Assembly: GCF_009914755.1 (NCBI RefSeq)
Contig: NC_060946.1
Direction: 5' to 3' (one strand)
Origin: the human T2T-CHM13v2.0 reference genome, Homo sapiens
DNA length: 64,000 nt
The position numbers and the translations under genes are program-made. The first letter of the stretch is position 1; each line of letters begins with the position of its first letter. This document shows positions 26,931 to 40,939 of the stretch, one piece after another. The notes below the pieces were generated by a model. The model was not told where the DNA came from. It ran no database searches and saw only the letters and a list, made by a program, of their open reading frames with translations.

Positions 26931-28934
26931 CTTTAAACATTTACCCCTACAATCTTGCGTTTGCACTATTAATTTGTCACACACAGGAAGATTAAAAAAA
27001 AAACCTTAGTCCGAAATAATTGCAAATTCTGATATTGCAGAATCTTTGCTGTAGTTCCTTCATGAAAGCTTTAGTAAATTAATGATACAGCAACCAAAAA
27101 TAGGTCCTGGGGTAGAAGTATTCTCAATATAATTTTTTAATAAAATGCCAACGGATTATTTTGTGGTGTGAGATTCTCTAGATCAAAATATAAGTGCTAC
27201 TCTTCATTTAGATGCACGGAGACACAAGAATAAAAGCTGTGACATTATTAATCACTATATTCAGTTATGATTGATAGGCTTTTCTGCAGGGAGGAAACAG
27301 TGTCTCAGATACAATCTGTCCCAACAGCTCTACGATATGCTAATATTTTCTTCAGATGAAAGAGGAGATGTGTTCAAATACCTGCTACAATAGGCAATTA
27401 ATACCAAGTGCAGCAAAGTAGAGCTGATGAAAGTAGGATTAGGGGAATATTAGGAATTAACCAAGAGCTTGCTTGTTTTAGTAAATGGCCTCATTTTGAG
27501 CTTGACACAGCCTTTTTGTTAGGCAAACAGACTGCATTCCTGTCTATTCATTCATGCTAATGTAGTGTTATAAAATTAAGGTGTGTTTATGAAATGGTGG
27601 TGATTCTAACAACTGATTCTTTATCCCTTGAATATTAAATTTTTAAATGTCTTTTTAAAGAAAATTCACCTCTTTAAGAGAATGAATCTACCCACCACTT
27701 TTGTCTCTTCTTCATGAGGATATTACAGAGCAAGCCAGCAGCTCAGCAATTATAATTATTTACTAATTACTTCTGAAATGACTATCTCCACACACCTCCA
27801 AGGCACCAGGGTAATCCCATAAAAACCTGTGTCAGATCACTCAGTGTCCAACAGACACGCTTGTCACAGCCGACTGGGTAGACCAGATGTTCTGGCATCA
27901 TGGTGCCCGAACCTTCAAGCATTTTTTTCTTCTGAGAGCTCCCTGACTTGGGTAGTGACACGGTACAAGAGCAAACAGCCTGGGGCTTAGAATGCTTTGT
28001 TTTTCTTTATGTACTTCTTTAACTGAATATACATTCTTTAATTCTAGTCTTCAGTGAAGAACGTATTTTTTTTGTGAGGGGGAGAGTCACGACCTTCTGA
28101 ACATACACTGTATTCCTATACAGGTCAGAATAGCTTTCTGTTTCTCAGTACTTCCCTCAACAGGGCTTACAATGAGCCCTCACCTCACCTTAGGTGGTAA
28201 GATGGGATTTTCTTCCTGTCTTAGCCACTCCTATCTTCACCTCTTGTCGGGAGTTGACAAATGATAGATGGAATAAAAAAACTTACACTTCGTTAGCCTG
28301 GCAACACACTGCATCTTTGTTCAAGTTCTTTCTCTCCTGGCAGTCCTCGCCTGAAGAATGTGAGGAAGCTGTCTGAGGTCTCGGGCGCTGCCACCACTCC
28401 AGGATGGAGCTGGGACCCCACAGGCAGACAGGGTGCATGAAAGACTGACGCGGTGGAGGGAGTGTGAAAGGCAGGACACCAGAGAGGAAAGGGAAGAAAA
28501 CTCCCAAATGCCCACTTGAAGTAGATGCTCCATGGACAGAAAGGCAACTCTGTGGTTGGAACACAAAGCTCCACTGACTTGTGCGGTGATGATGAACAGA
28601 AAGACTTCTCTCTGTGATGGACTGGGTCTAACTACAGGTGTAACAAGTTGTCACATTTGCTGAATGCAAAGTAAGCATCAACATATGCCTGCTTAACCTC
28701 TTTTCTCTCAGCTTCCTTCCATATCAATATGGGATAACAACGGCACCTGCCTCATGGGGTTCACCTGGGAATTAAATGCCTTAATGCGATAAAGCACTTA
28801 GAACAGCTCCTAGTACGTGCTCAGTGCTAGCTATTATTACTAGAGTTGGCAAAATCTGAAAAATTACATTAATGTCCAAAAGATTAAGGCCCCACCAGCC
28901 AAGAGGGGTCCCTTATATAGCTGGCTGAAGCAGA

Positions 28935-29740
28935 TGGATTGGTTGCCTTCCCAAATCCATTCACCTCTAACCACTTCTCCTTTCCATTTTTTTTTTTTTT
29001 TTTTTTGAGATAGAGTCTCCCTCCGTTGCCCAGGCTGGAGTACAGTGGCACTATCTCGGCTTACTGCAACCTCTGCCTCCTGGATCCAAGTGATTCTCCT
29101 GTCTCAGCCTCCTGAGCAGCTGGAACTACTGGTGTGCGCCACCATGCCCAGTTAATTTTTGTATTTTTAGTAGAGACAAGGTTTCACCATGTTGACCAGG
29201 CTGGTCTTAAACTCCTGACCTCAGGTGATTCGCCTGCCTCGGCCTCCCAAAGTGCTGGGATTACAGGCGTGAGCCACCATGCCCGGCTGCCCACTTCTCC
29301 TTTCTAACAAAACCCTCTATTTTCCATTTTGTTCAGACATCTGCCCTTCTTGGGTGGCCATGTGCTTCATAGGAGGGAGCCCAGTGGCCACACCAGGTGG
29401 TGATTGAGGTTGGTCCTGGCTGCTGGCGGGAACCAATTTCCTTGCCCGTGATTGCTTTAGGTGTGGGGCATAATTCCAGGCTGTGGGACACAGGGAGGGA
29501 CTTTCTCTTGTTTTTAGAGTCATATTGGGAAAAAAGGGCCCACTGAAAAAAATTTGACATCAAAGTATCTGCCTGGAGTGCTGGCAACCTCCTGGTAACC
29601 AGGAAGAGAGGTAGGTGTGTTAGTCAGTCCTAGTCTCCACGCCCTCCTGACTTCTTGGGTGAGATAAGAAGCTCCTTATTTTCTAAGATAGTTAACTTGG
29701 AGTCTTCGGTTTCTCATAAGGGAAAAAAACCAAACATCTC
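28935..29740 (+). mobile_element. Old MLT1-type LTR interrupted by an Alu
   Basis: Weak MLT1J/K-like motifs (tgcctggagtgctggcaacc, gacttcttgggtgagataa). Confidence 0.4.
28987..29288 (-). mobile_element. AluSx
   Basis: Full antisense Alu; TSD ccacttctcctttc. Confidence 0.95.
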
Positions 29741-32636
29741 TGTGTCCAAGGGGTTGCCAGCTGGTGGCAGATAAAGACGGCCACAGCAAGGGTTTTAGTG
29801 GTGTTCAGCAAGGAGAACCAGCTTCACTCATCAGTAGGGGAAGGGACTCACATTTACTGACAATCTACTGAATGCAGGGGCTTTGCTTACATTCATTCTT
29901 GTCAGTACCCTGAAAGGTACTTTAGAGTTGTCTCCACTTTAGAGATGAGGAAACTCAGAACAAATAAGAAACCATCCACGGCACCCCACCGCCCCCAGCA
30001 GCAGAGGCAGGGTTTCAGCCCAGGTGTACCTGATTCTCCATAAATCCCTCTGGCTCCTAGGACATTATGGAGACAAAGAAGCTGAAGACCAGCAAACTCA
30101 ACAGCCAGTCCAGGAGATGCTCAGGCAAAGGCACAGAGGAGCCACATGAAAGCAGAGGGTCAAGGTTGTGGCCAAAACGAAAAGCAAGGGCCAGGAGAGT
30201 GATAGCAAGTGAGGAATGCGCCAGGACTTAGCGTGGCTGTTGAGTGGAACCTGAGTGCAGATTAAACCAGAGCCAGGACCAGGTGGATCCCGAAGAGGAC
30301 ACGCTGAGAACCACCCTGGGCTTACAGAGACTCCTCCTCAAAACAGAGAGCGCCTCTTCCCATGAAGCCATGGGACACAGTCACCAAAGATGGAGAGATG
30401 AGACCCAGAGGTCATCCAATCTGGCCTTCTCCCTTGACTTATAGAGACAATGAGGCTCAGAGAGCCCAAGGGTTCGACTGGATAAGAGCATGAACATGAG
30501 CGTCGGTTGGAGGGTCTGAGGGCCTGTGAAGAAGAGAGAGGCTGACAAATCAGCCATCAGACCAAGCTCATTGCAGAAGAAAACAATTAGGAAATAGGAG
30601 TGCTGGGGTTCAGCTGGTTTGGGGTTCCCACTGCTAATTATTTGCTGGTGTAGGAAGGCTGGTCCAAACATGCATGAGCAGAGTCTGGCTCCAAAAATTC
30701 AGAGACATCTGCATGCATTCTTGGCTCCAGTAAGCCACGTGGGCTCATATTTAAAATAAAATAATTAGCATTCTTTCATTCCCAAACTGTAACCATCACC
30801 CAGCAATGACATGTGTATGAAGAGAGGCTTACTTAGATCATTCCTAAGTCTTTTTCTCAGTCTCCAACATTAGTGTGTGACCGTTAGAAGGGTCAGAGTC
30901 TTCATTAGAAGCATGCTACTGCACACAGCACACAGTTGAGGGGTGTACTGATTTGTTCTCTTTATTTGGAGGTGGAGGGGCTGGAAAGGAATGAGATTCA
31001 TTTGTGTTCCTACCTGTACTTCAAAGGAAGCTGTAGGGATAAGCATAATAGTAACAGCTGGCATTTATTAAGTGTTCCAGGTGCTTTATTCTGGATATTT
31101 TTAAGCCACACAGCAGCACGTCAAGGTGGTGGCTGTTATCCCCACTGACAGGTGAAAAAACCTAATGATGAGGGCTTGCCTGAGACCACGTGGTTGGTAA
31201 ATAGCAGAGCCCCAGGATGGAAACCCAGGTCTGCCCGGGTCCCGGGGTCAGTCTCCTCCAACCTCCCCTGCCTGCCCAGGGTTGGGGTCATAGGTAGAAT
31301 TTGGGCTACAGTCTGTGCTGGCTGGAACACACGGCAGAAAAAACCCTCCAGTGCTCTGGTACTAAGCATTACCTTTTCCCTTCACCTGTTTGTTCTCATA
31401 GGCAATTGAATGAAAACTGCCTGGGTTTCAACTCTTAGCAGGGGGTTCCATGGGGAGGAGGATGGGATAAAAAATTAACTGAAAGGATGGACAGCAATGG
31501 AGTTCCATTTCAGATTTGCTCACCACAGCCTTATTTTGGGCCATTTACAATCCTGGCCTTTGTCTGCATCTCCACACTCAAGGTCATGTTGCATTACTGG
31601 TCCTTAACAATGTTTCTGCTGCTGTGATAATTGTCATAAACAATGGACTTTTCCAGAAGCATATCATGATGAACACAGTTTAAAGAGTAAGAAGACATAT
31701 ACCCCTAAGTAATATCAATTGCACGACAAAACTCTTGCAGAATAACAAATGGGTCACAGCAAAAGCAGCAGACAATTATACCTGGGTTCTGAATAATATC
31801 AACTATAGTGAAACAGGTTTTTAGAAACACATAATGCTAAGAAATTATCATATTGAGATGAATTTTCTGGTGTTAATGGTATCAGCTAGGGAAATTGAGA
31901 CAAACATTTTGTGGATCTCTGGCTATTTTTGAGTATGAAATATATGAGTCTCAGAAGAGTTCAAAAAAGAAAATTTGTCACATTTCAAACCAACATATTG
32001 AATCAAATAAATTAAACCATGATTCTCAAACTGCTCATGTAACTGACAGGCCCAAATGCATTTTAAAAAGGAGTCTGATTCCAACCCTTGAATGACATTA
32101 TCATCTCCTCCCCGCCTTAGCTGTGTGCTGTGAGATCTAACCACAATCAGCAAATAGGAACGATGCTATATGCTCTTTTTCTAAACACATAGTAGCTTTC
32201 ATGGCTAAATTACTCAATACTTAAGTATATATCACTTTGAGTTTGACTGGTTATTTTTACTATGCAGCTCTTGATTGGCATTGACTGCTGCAAAGCAGTC
32301 GTTTTCCCTTTCTAAAGAAAAACCTACTCAGTCTTAGACAAAGACAGAAAAGGCAGCCCTACTAATAATGATCTAAAGTTAATACAAAAGTAATTAATAT
32401 TCCAGGACTTCTGCTGGTGTCACTCATCAAAAGAGATGCCATCCAAGACAGTCAAAGTAGTCGGAATACAAGCTTTCGCACTGGCTTGTTATCAGAAGAT
32501 CTATTTAGTCAGACAACTATGACATGAGAACTCGGATGACAAGGTGTGGCTCATTTTCTATCATCTACCTCCACTAACAATTACTGCTGACAATGGGTGG
32601 GGTGGGGGGAAATCATTTCTTTAAAATCTCTATTAC

Positions 32637-32703
32637 CTTTTCTCCCACTTGGATTTCAAGTTCTCTTAATGTGCGGCAGCAATTCATTTCATTCCCACCT
32701 CCC
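32637..32703 (-). CDS. EFCAB6: EFCAB6 coding exon (67 nt), contains Met153
   Basis: tttttatttctaag|GGGAGG; (R)GGGNEMNCCRTLRELEIQVGEK; donor AAG|gtaata. Cumulative 507 nt, phase 0. Confidence 0.95.
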
Positions 32704-34136
32704 CTTAGAAATAAAAAAAAAATCTTTATTAAAACATTTTAACCAAATAAATGTTTACATAGGATATGCAGAGATCAAAATTACAAGGATTTCCAAATAA
32801 TCTATTTTAAAATGCAAGGTATTTCTTACAAGCTACTGTCTGCAGGAGCATGAAACTGGGCAAATTACTTTGTTTCCCCTGGCCTGTTTTCTCATCCATA
32901 AAATGAAATATAGTAGCATTTACTCCTCCTAAGGTAATGTGCAAATTAAATACTTACAGCTGACACTTAATGAGGACTTTCTGTGTCCCAAGCCTTCACA
33001 AGCCTCGTCCCATTTAAGCCTCTCAACAGCTCTATGGATTTGGGACCATTATCATCCCTGCTTTACCGAGGAGACTGACGGGGATCTTAATAGATGAGGA
33101 AAATGAAGGTCACATGTGAGGAAGTGGAGGCGCCAGCATCAGACCCAGGTGCTCTGGGTTCAGATCCAGCTCCTAACCTCTCTGCTGCAGCTGCAGCACT
33201 TTGACCTGACCACTGTCGGGCTCTACGTCCCCTTAACGGCTCACTTTCAGCTGCTCAGTGAAGGGCTTCGTGGTCAATGCATCTATACCGTCCCTGGGTT
33301 CCATCTGCTTGTCCCTATTCACTGGTTTTTATTTTGCATTATCTGTGTATCTACAAACCACTGCAGAGCCCCTCCTTGGGACAAACTGGTAGGGTGAGGG
33401 TGGGAGGAGAACACGAGGAGGCAGAGCTGGCGCCCCTCCACTTTACAATGTCTGTCCATGCCTCCTACCTGCCAGGTCTAGGGCCGTGGTGCTAAGGAAG
33501 ACACTGCCTGTACTGGTGACAGTGACGAATGGGAAATAAGCAAACAAGTAATGTGAGCTGAAATAATAAAAGGTGCCATGAAGAACATAAAGATGGGCAG
33601 GGAGATAAATTGGAGATGGGGGAAGATGGGATGACTCTTTGGATGGAGTGGGTAGCAGAAGGTCTCTCTGGCCAAGTGTCTTTTGGATAGAGGCCCACAA
33701 GGTGAAGGGCCATGAAGCCTTCCAGGCAAAGCAAAGGGAACAGGCAGCTGGTATGAAGCCCTTGGCTGGCAGGAGCTCAGCAGACCCCAGGGTCAGCAGG
33801 AAGGAGGCCAGGGAGACCAGAGCTGGATGGGCAATGAGAAGGTGTGCAGGCTATGTTCAGATGGAGGCAGATGCCAGGCTCGTGAGTCTGTGGGCCATGA
33901 TAAGGAGTCGACTTCAAAGGGTAAGGGGAAGACACTGGAGTGCTTAGCAGAGATTGAATTCCTTACATAGGAGGAAACTGAGTCTCAGAGGGGTTCTGTT
34001 CCCAAGTTAAAGATAGGACTGATCAGGAATTCAAATCTATAATGCTACGTTAAATGTAATCTCTTAAATACTGTTTCAATAATATATTCAATAGATACAA
34101 AACGCTATTTGTAAAATGTTTAGGAATTAAAGAATA

Positions 34137-34429
<293 letters not shown>

Positions 34430-34544
34430 GGAATTAAATAATAAAAATTAAACAAATGCTTGTTACTTAACCCCCGCCCCCATCCAGCTGCAGCAATGGA
34501 ACACAGCCTTGGAACTCCAGGAAGCCTTCCCTTCCCAATCACAT

Positions 34545-34724
34545 CCTCCTGCCTAGTTCTAGCCAAGCTGGTCAAGGCTTTGTCAGGTCTGCATTGCAGT
34601 TCAGCCTCTCCCTCTGCTTAATCCTGCTTCAGCCTGCTTCCCTTTACAGGTGTTTTTCCTTATCTACATCTTGCTTCCCAAACTCCATCTCAGTGTCTGC
34701 TTCAGGAGAACCCAGCCTATGACC
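34545..34724 (+). mobile_element. ERVL LTR 3' fragment (LTR16-like)
   Basis: aaactccatctcagtgtctgcttcaggagaacccagcctatgac terminus. Confidence 0.6.
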
Positions 34725-35671
34725 ATTTATTGTCAGATACTAACTTAGTGACACTAGCTTTCCTTAGATTAATATTGAATGGTATGTCTTTTTAAATCTT
34801 TTCACTTTTAATCTTTCTTTATGTTTGAGTTTAGGTTTTTCTCTTACTGGATTTCACTATTTGTTATCTAGACAGACAATCTTTGTCTTTTAAGTGGACT
34901 ACATGATAATTGAATCCTTAAGTCTTAAAATTTATTTTGCCAGAAATTAATGTAGTTACACTTTCTTTTGTTTATTTTTTCTATTACATAATTTTTTCTA
35001 TCCTTTTTCTTTTAGTCTTTTTAATCCTTTCTATTTTCAAAAAGTCAATAACTGGAATTTTTATCCAGTCTGATAATCTCTGTCTTTTAACTGAAATATT
35101 TGATCCTTTGCATTTAATGTAGTCATGTTATATACAGAGGGGGGTAGGTCTATAAATTTGTGTTCTCTATTTGTAGTATCTGTTGTAGATTTTTTTCCCC
35201 TTTCTTACCTTCTTTTGGATTGAGTATTTTAAAATCATTTCAATTGTTCTTCCAAATGTTGGGAATTAAATACTTTGTTTCTATTCTTTAGCAGTTACCC
35301 TAAAAATCACAATGTGCATATATAACATTTCAACATATAAAATTAATATATTTATCCTCCTGCTGGCTATCAAATAGATCTTAGAAAACTTTAACTCAAT
35401 TTATCCACACTCAGCTGACTATTGTCTAATGTTTTAACTCTAAACTTTTTATTTAACACACATAGACATTTTTGTAACCACCTTATATAGCCAAAAATCA
35501 TTTCTATTTACCCATATTTTGCCACTTTCTTTGCTTTTCACTCCTAAAATCTCAGACCTTTCATCTAGGATTACTTTCCTTCTGCTTCTAGCAGAATCAA
35601 GATCTTTCAGTCAAGATCTGCAGGAGATTAACTGTCTCAGTTTTTGTCTGAAAAATGTCTTTAACCCTCAG

Positions 35672-36794
35672 TTTTTATTTTTAAAATGTTTTCTTACTTT
35701 TTATGTCTATAATATTCAAAAATTCAAAATAAGCTGTCCAAATCAAATTAACCTTTAGAGGCATACAAATTCAAGATGTTTTGCAACAGGCTTTTAAAAA
35801 AATATAGGTTCTGGCTGGGTGCAGTGGCTCACGCCTGTAATCCCAGCACTTTAGGAGGCCAAGACTGGCGGATCACCTGAGGTCAGGAGTTCGACACCAG
35901 CCTGACCAGCATGGTGAAACCCTGTCTCTACTAAAAATACAAAAATTAGCCTGGCATGGTGGCGTACGCCTGGCCAAAAGCCTTTCTTATTTCTTTCTTC
36001 TCTTCCACAGGCTAGAGTCAGCTAGACCTGCCTAAAGTCAGCTTCACATCTACTCTGTGAACTAATGCTCTGTTGATGCTGTTTCCTTTATCCATCTGAA
36101 TCTCTGATACCTAGACTGCCAAAGAATCTTGCAATACACAGTACTGGTGAATAGATTTAGCTTCAACAGAATTCTCAGGTTCTTTAGGAGATTTTTCTTC
36201 AGAACTCTCAGTAAGTCTTCTTGTGTGGTGCTCAGAAAGCTTTTAAACACTTCTGCTGAGATTTATAATGACCGTTTTGTACACGAACGATTGTAGTTAT
36301 TCTTCATGGAAGTAGCATCGTACCAAGTGCCACACGGATTATCTAATATGCAAGGGGCCCTCTCCGTCCATATGTAGAAATGTCCTACACGTCCATCTGA
36401 AGCAAATCTCAAAAGGTTCAGCCTGATCATTTTAAGCAAAATCATTCATTGGGTGTTTCTGAAGAGATGATGATGTTTCTACCATTATTATAGATGATAC
36501 AAGGTCCTCTATGCTCGATACAATAATTCCACATTTTGCCCTTACCAGCTCTCATATACTCAGAGACAGAGACTTTTAAAATATGATTCCAGGTCATACC
36601 TTTTTAATCTTCATGCTGCTTCCAACTTAACCAACTACTATCGGATATTCAGAAACTTCCTCAATATGGTGATTTTGATACATGACAAGGTCTGGCAAGG
36701 CCAGGACAGAAGAGATGGCATACTCTCTCTGTGTTATGTTCACTGTATGTTATCAATGGCATTAAGTTTTGGCTGGTATAAAATGTGATATCCC
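35672..36794 (-). pseudogene. Old 5'-truncated processed pseudogene of ribosomal protein L4 (RPL4/uL4), interrupted by an Alu at 35813-35975
   Basis: Collinear intronless minus-strand peptides: YAISSVLALPDLVMYQNHHIEEVSEYPIVV (RPL4 [33 protein letters not shown]), [23 protein letters not shown] ([24 protein letters not shown]), RLNLLRFASDGRVGHFYIWTE ([21 protein letters not shown]), RVLKKNLLKNLRILLKLN (RVLKKNPLKNLRIMLKLN). Contains stops and frameshifts. 3'UTR-like 'aaaggttaatttgatttggacagcttattttgaat' and an A-rich tail near 35672-35800. RPL4 sequence recalled, not aligned by tool. Confidence 0.9.
35813..35975 (+). mobile_element. 3'-deleted AluS (left arm and linker only)
   Basis: Stops at ggcgtacgcctgg; no right arm, no tail. 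Confidence 0.9.
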
Positions 36795-37179
<385 letters not shown>

Positions 37180-37421
37180 TTATTTCATTATCTTATAGCC
37201 TTCACTGTCACTGTTGAGAGGTTGGTGTCAGTCTAACTGTCACTCCTCTGAAGTCAATTCTGTTTTTCTTCTCACTGCCTATAATATTTTCTCTTTGGTT
37301 TTGATGTCTGCAGTTTCACTGCGATAATGTCTAGATAGGCATTTCTTTTTATTTATCTGGCTTGAGATTCTCAGCCATTATCTTTCCAAATATGACTTCT
37401 GCCCTGTTTTTTCTCTTATAC

Positions 37422-38178
37422 TGCTATGGGTTGAAGGTGTTCCTCCAAAATTTAGGTGTTGCCACTGTGAGAGGATTAAGAGGTGGTTAGGCCTGAAGGT
37501 TCCGCCCTCTTGAATAGGAGTAGGTGCATTTTTTTTTTTTTTTTTCCTGAGATGGGAGTCTCACTCTGTTGCCTAGGCAGGAGTGTGGTGGCACAATCTT
37601 GACTCACTGCAACCTTCGGCTCCTGGGTTCAAGTGATTCTCCTGCCTCAGCCTCCCAAGCAAGTAGCTAGGACCACAGGCACGCGCCACCACATGCGGCT
37701 AATTTTTGTATTTTTAGTAGAGACGGGGTTTCGCCATGTTGGCCAAGCTGGTCTTGAACTCCTAACCTCAAGTGATCCACCCGCCTTGGCCTCCCAAACA
37801 TTTTGAGCTCATTCATAAAAAGGAATGAGGTACTAATTCATGCTGTAACATGGGTAAGCCTTAAAAACATGTGCTAGACACAAAATATCAGCCTTCTTGA
37901 TTGACACACAGGTCACAGGAGCCTGGGATTACAAGCGTAAGCCACTGCACCCAGCCTCAGATGCCCTTATAAAAGGGCTTGTAGGAGGGTGCCAATACTC
38001 TCTTGCCCTTCCTCCTTCCACTCTGCAAGGATGCAGTAAAGAGGCCCTCACCACATAGTGCTGCCTTGATCTTGGACTGCCCAGCTTCAAGAACTATGAG
38101 AAATAAATTTCTTTTCTTACACACTATAGTACCCAGTCTCAGGTATTCTGTTATAGCAGCACAAAACAGACTAAGACA
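37422..38178 (+). mobile_element. MaLR LTR (MSTC/D-like), split by an Alu
   Basis: tgctatgggttgaa...ccttgatcttggactgcccagcttcaagaactatgagaaataaattt...gttatagcagcacaaaacagactaagaca. Confidence 0.85.
37529..37956 (-). mobile_element. AluS containing a 124-bp non-Alu insertion (37799-37922)
   Basis: ctcccaaa[insert]ctgggattaca. Confidence 0.93.
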
Positions 38179-38505
38179 GGTATCTTTTTGGAAATCCAAT
38201 TAAAAGTATATTAGGACTCCTCTTCCTGTCTTCCAAGTCTCCTATGCCTGTCCTCCTAATTTTCCGTACTGCATTCTAGATAATTTCTTCAGAGCTATCT
38301 CTCAGTCCACAAATGTTCCTTTCAGCTGTGTTTAATCCACTATTTTTACCCATCCACTGTATTTTAGATCTACAATCAGATTTTTCAGAAGTTCTATTTT
38401 ATACTTCTTCAAATATTCATTTTATTGCCTGTTTTGCATTCATATTTTGAATCTATTCTTTCATTTCTTTAAACATATTAAAACACTGGTTTTAGATTAC
38501 ATATC

Positions 38506-38820
38506 TGATAGTTCCAATATTTCAAGTGTTTGGAGACCTGATTCTATTGGATATGACATCTATTGGTTTGTAGTCCTCATTCTTTGATAGTTCCAATATT
38601 TCGAGTGTTGGAGACCTGATTCTATTGGATATGACATCTATTGGTTTGTAGTCCTCCTTCTTTGATAGTTTCATATTTCAAGTGTTTGGAGACCTGATTC
38701 TATTTGATATTACATCTATTGGTTTGTAGTCCTCATTCTTTGATAGTTCCAATATTTCGAGTGTTTGGAGACCTGATTCTATTGGGTATTACATCTATTG
38801 GTTTGCAGTTCTCATTCTTT
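38506..38820. repeat. 78-79-bp minisatellite x4
   Basis: Units start at 38506, 38585, 38663 and 38741: tgatagttccaatatttcaagtgtttggagacctgattctattggatatgacatctattggtttgtagtcctcattctt. Confidence 0.95.
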
Positions 38821-39882
38821 GTCTCTTCATATGTTTTTTAAGATTTTTTGTGTGTGATCTGATGTTACTTGGCACTTTATCTCTGGAAATTCTTTAAGGG
38901 ATAGGTTGAAGATGCATTCTTCCACAGAAGGGCACACCCCGTCCAGGATTACTCAAAAAAGTTCCTTGCCCGAAACTTTTCAGACCACATAGCATGAATT
39001 CAAGGACAGACCCTCATGCAAATCAACTTGTAATTACAATTTTCCCCTTATTCACTCAGCACCAGTGTTGAAATAGGTGGTTTTCCTCAGTGTACCCTTT
39101 TGTGATGAAGGTTTATATTTGTAATCACTGAGGATGTAGGGTCCCAACTTTGTAGGCGATGGTCCTTTGTTAAGTCCTTCCACCTTGGGAAGGCCTTCTA
39201 GGCTTTGTCTCTTGTCTCCATACTCCAAATGGCAAAACTGAATACACAAATTCACCAGGATTTGGCCAATACCCTCAGGGAGAAGCTGACTTTGTAGAAT
39301 GCTCCCTTCTCTAGATCCCAATTTTTACTCTATGTTTGGCCTCTGAAGATTCCAGCTCAGTAATGTATTAAAATGTACGTACATATTTTGCCTTTTATCC
39401 AGCATTTTAATTATTTTCAGTAGAAGTGTTGTTCATGGTATATAGCCTACCGTATTGCTAGAAAAAGAAGTCTCTGTTCGCTGTAATGTATTGTCTCCAA
39501 CAACAAAGATAATTCTGCTTCACGAGTAAATCAGAAATCTTTCAAAGTTAGTTTAAATGTTTAGCCTTTTATGTTTAAGAGAGTAACTCATGATCTCTTT
39601 CATCTCAAATTTATTAGACAAGTTTCACAATAAGGAAAAAAAGGCTCTCCTGCTTTCAGTTTTTCCAGTTCTTTAGCTTTCCCAACAAAGACTATTCATA
39701 TTAGTTTACTGTCCACCCAAGAACTTTATCCATAAAATTGGGATGGTTTTATGTCAAGAACAAGAATATGCAGCTTACAAGACAAACTGTCATTCTTTTG
39801 AAAGAGCCTGGAAATCATCTTAGTCCCCACTTAGCACTAACTAAAGAGAGCACAGAGAAGTTCCACATCATGGAGGGGATGA

Positions 39883-40245
<363 letters not shown>

Positions 40246-40627
40246 TAACATAACCATTTTTAAGTGTGTAGTTGAGTAGGTGTTGAGTATATTCACATTG
40301 TTGTGCAAAAGATCTCTAGAACATTTTTATCTTGCAAAATCAAAACTCTACACCCATGTACATAAATTCCCTATCTCCCCCTCCCCACGACACAAATTCT
40401 TACACCTAAACTGCATCAGTGATGCATCCGTCATAAAAGCCATGATACCAGAATTTTCTAATAATTCAGGATCAAATTTAATTTTTTTAATCCCCTTAGG
40501 AAGGTCAGTTATTCATTCTGTGATTTTGTCCATATTTTGTTTATATTAAATACAGTTTTCTCTGATCAATTGATATTAATTGGCTTTTGTGGGTTTTTTT
40601 TCAATGAACTAGATAGTGTATTTATAA

Positions 40628-40934
<307 letters not shown>

Positions 40935-40939
40935 TCAAG

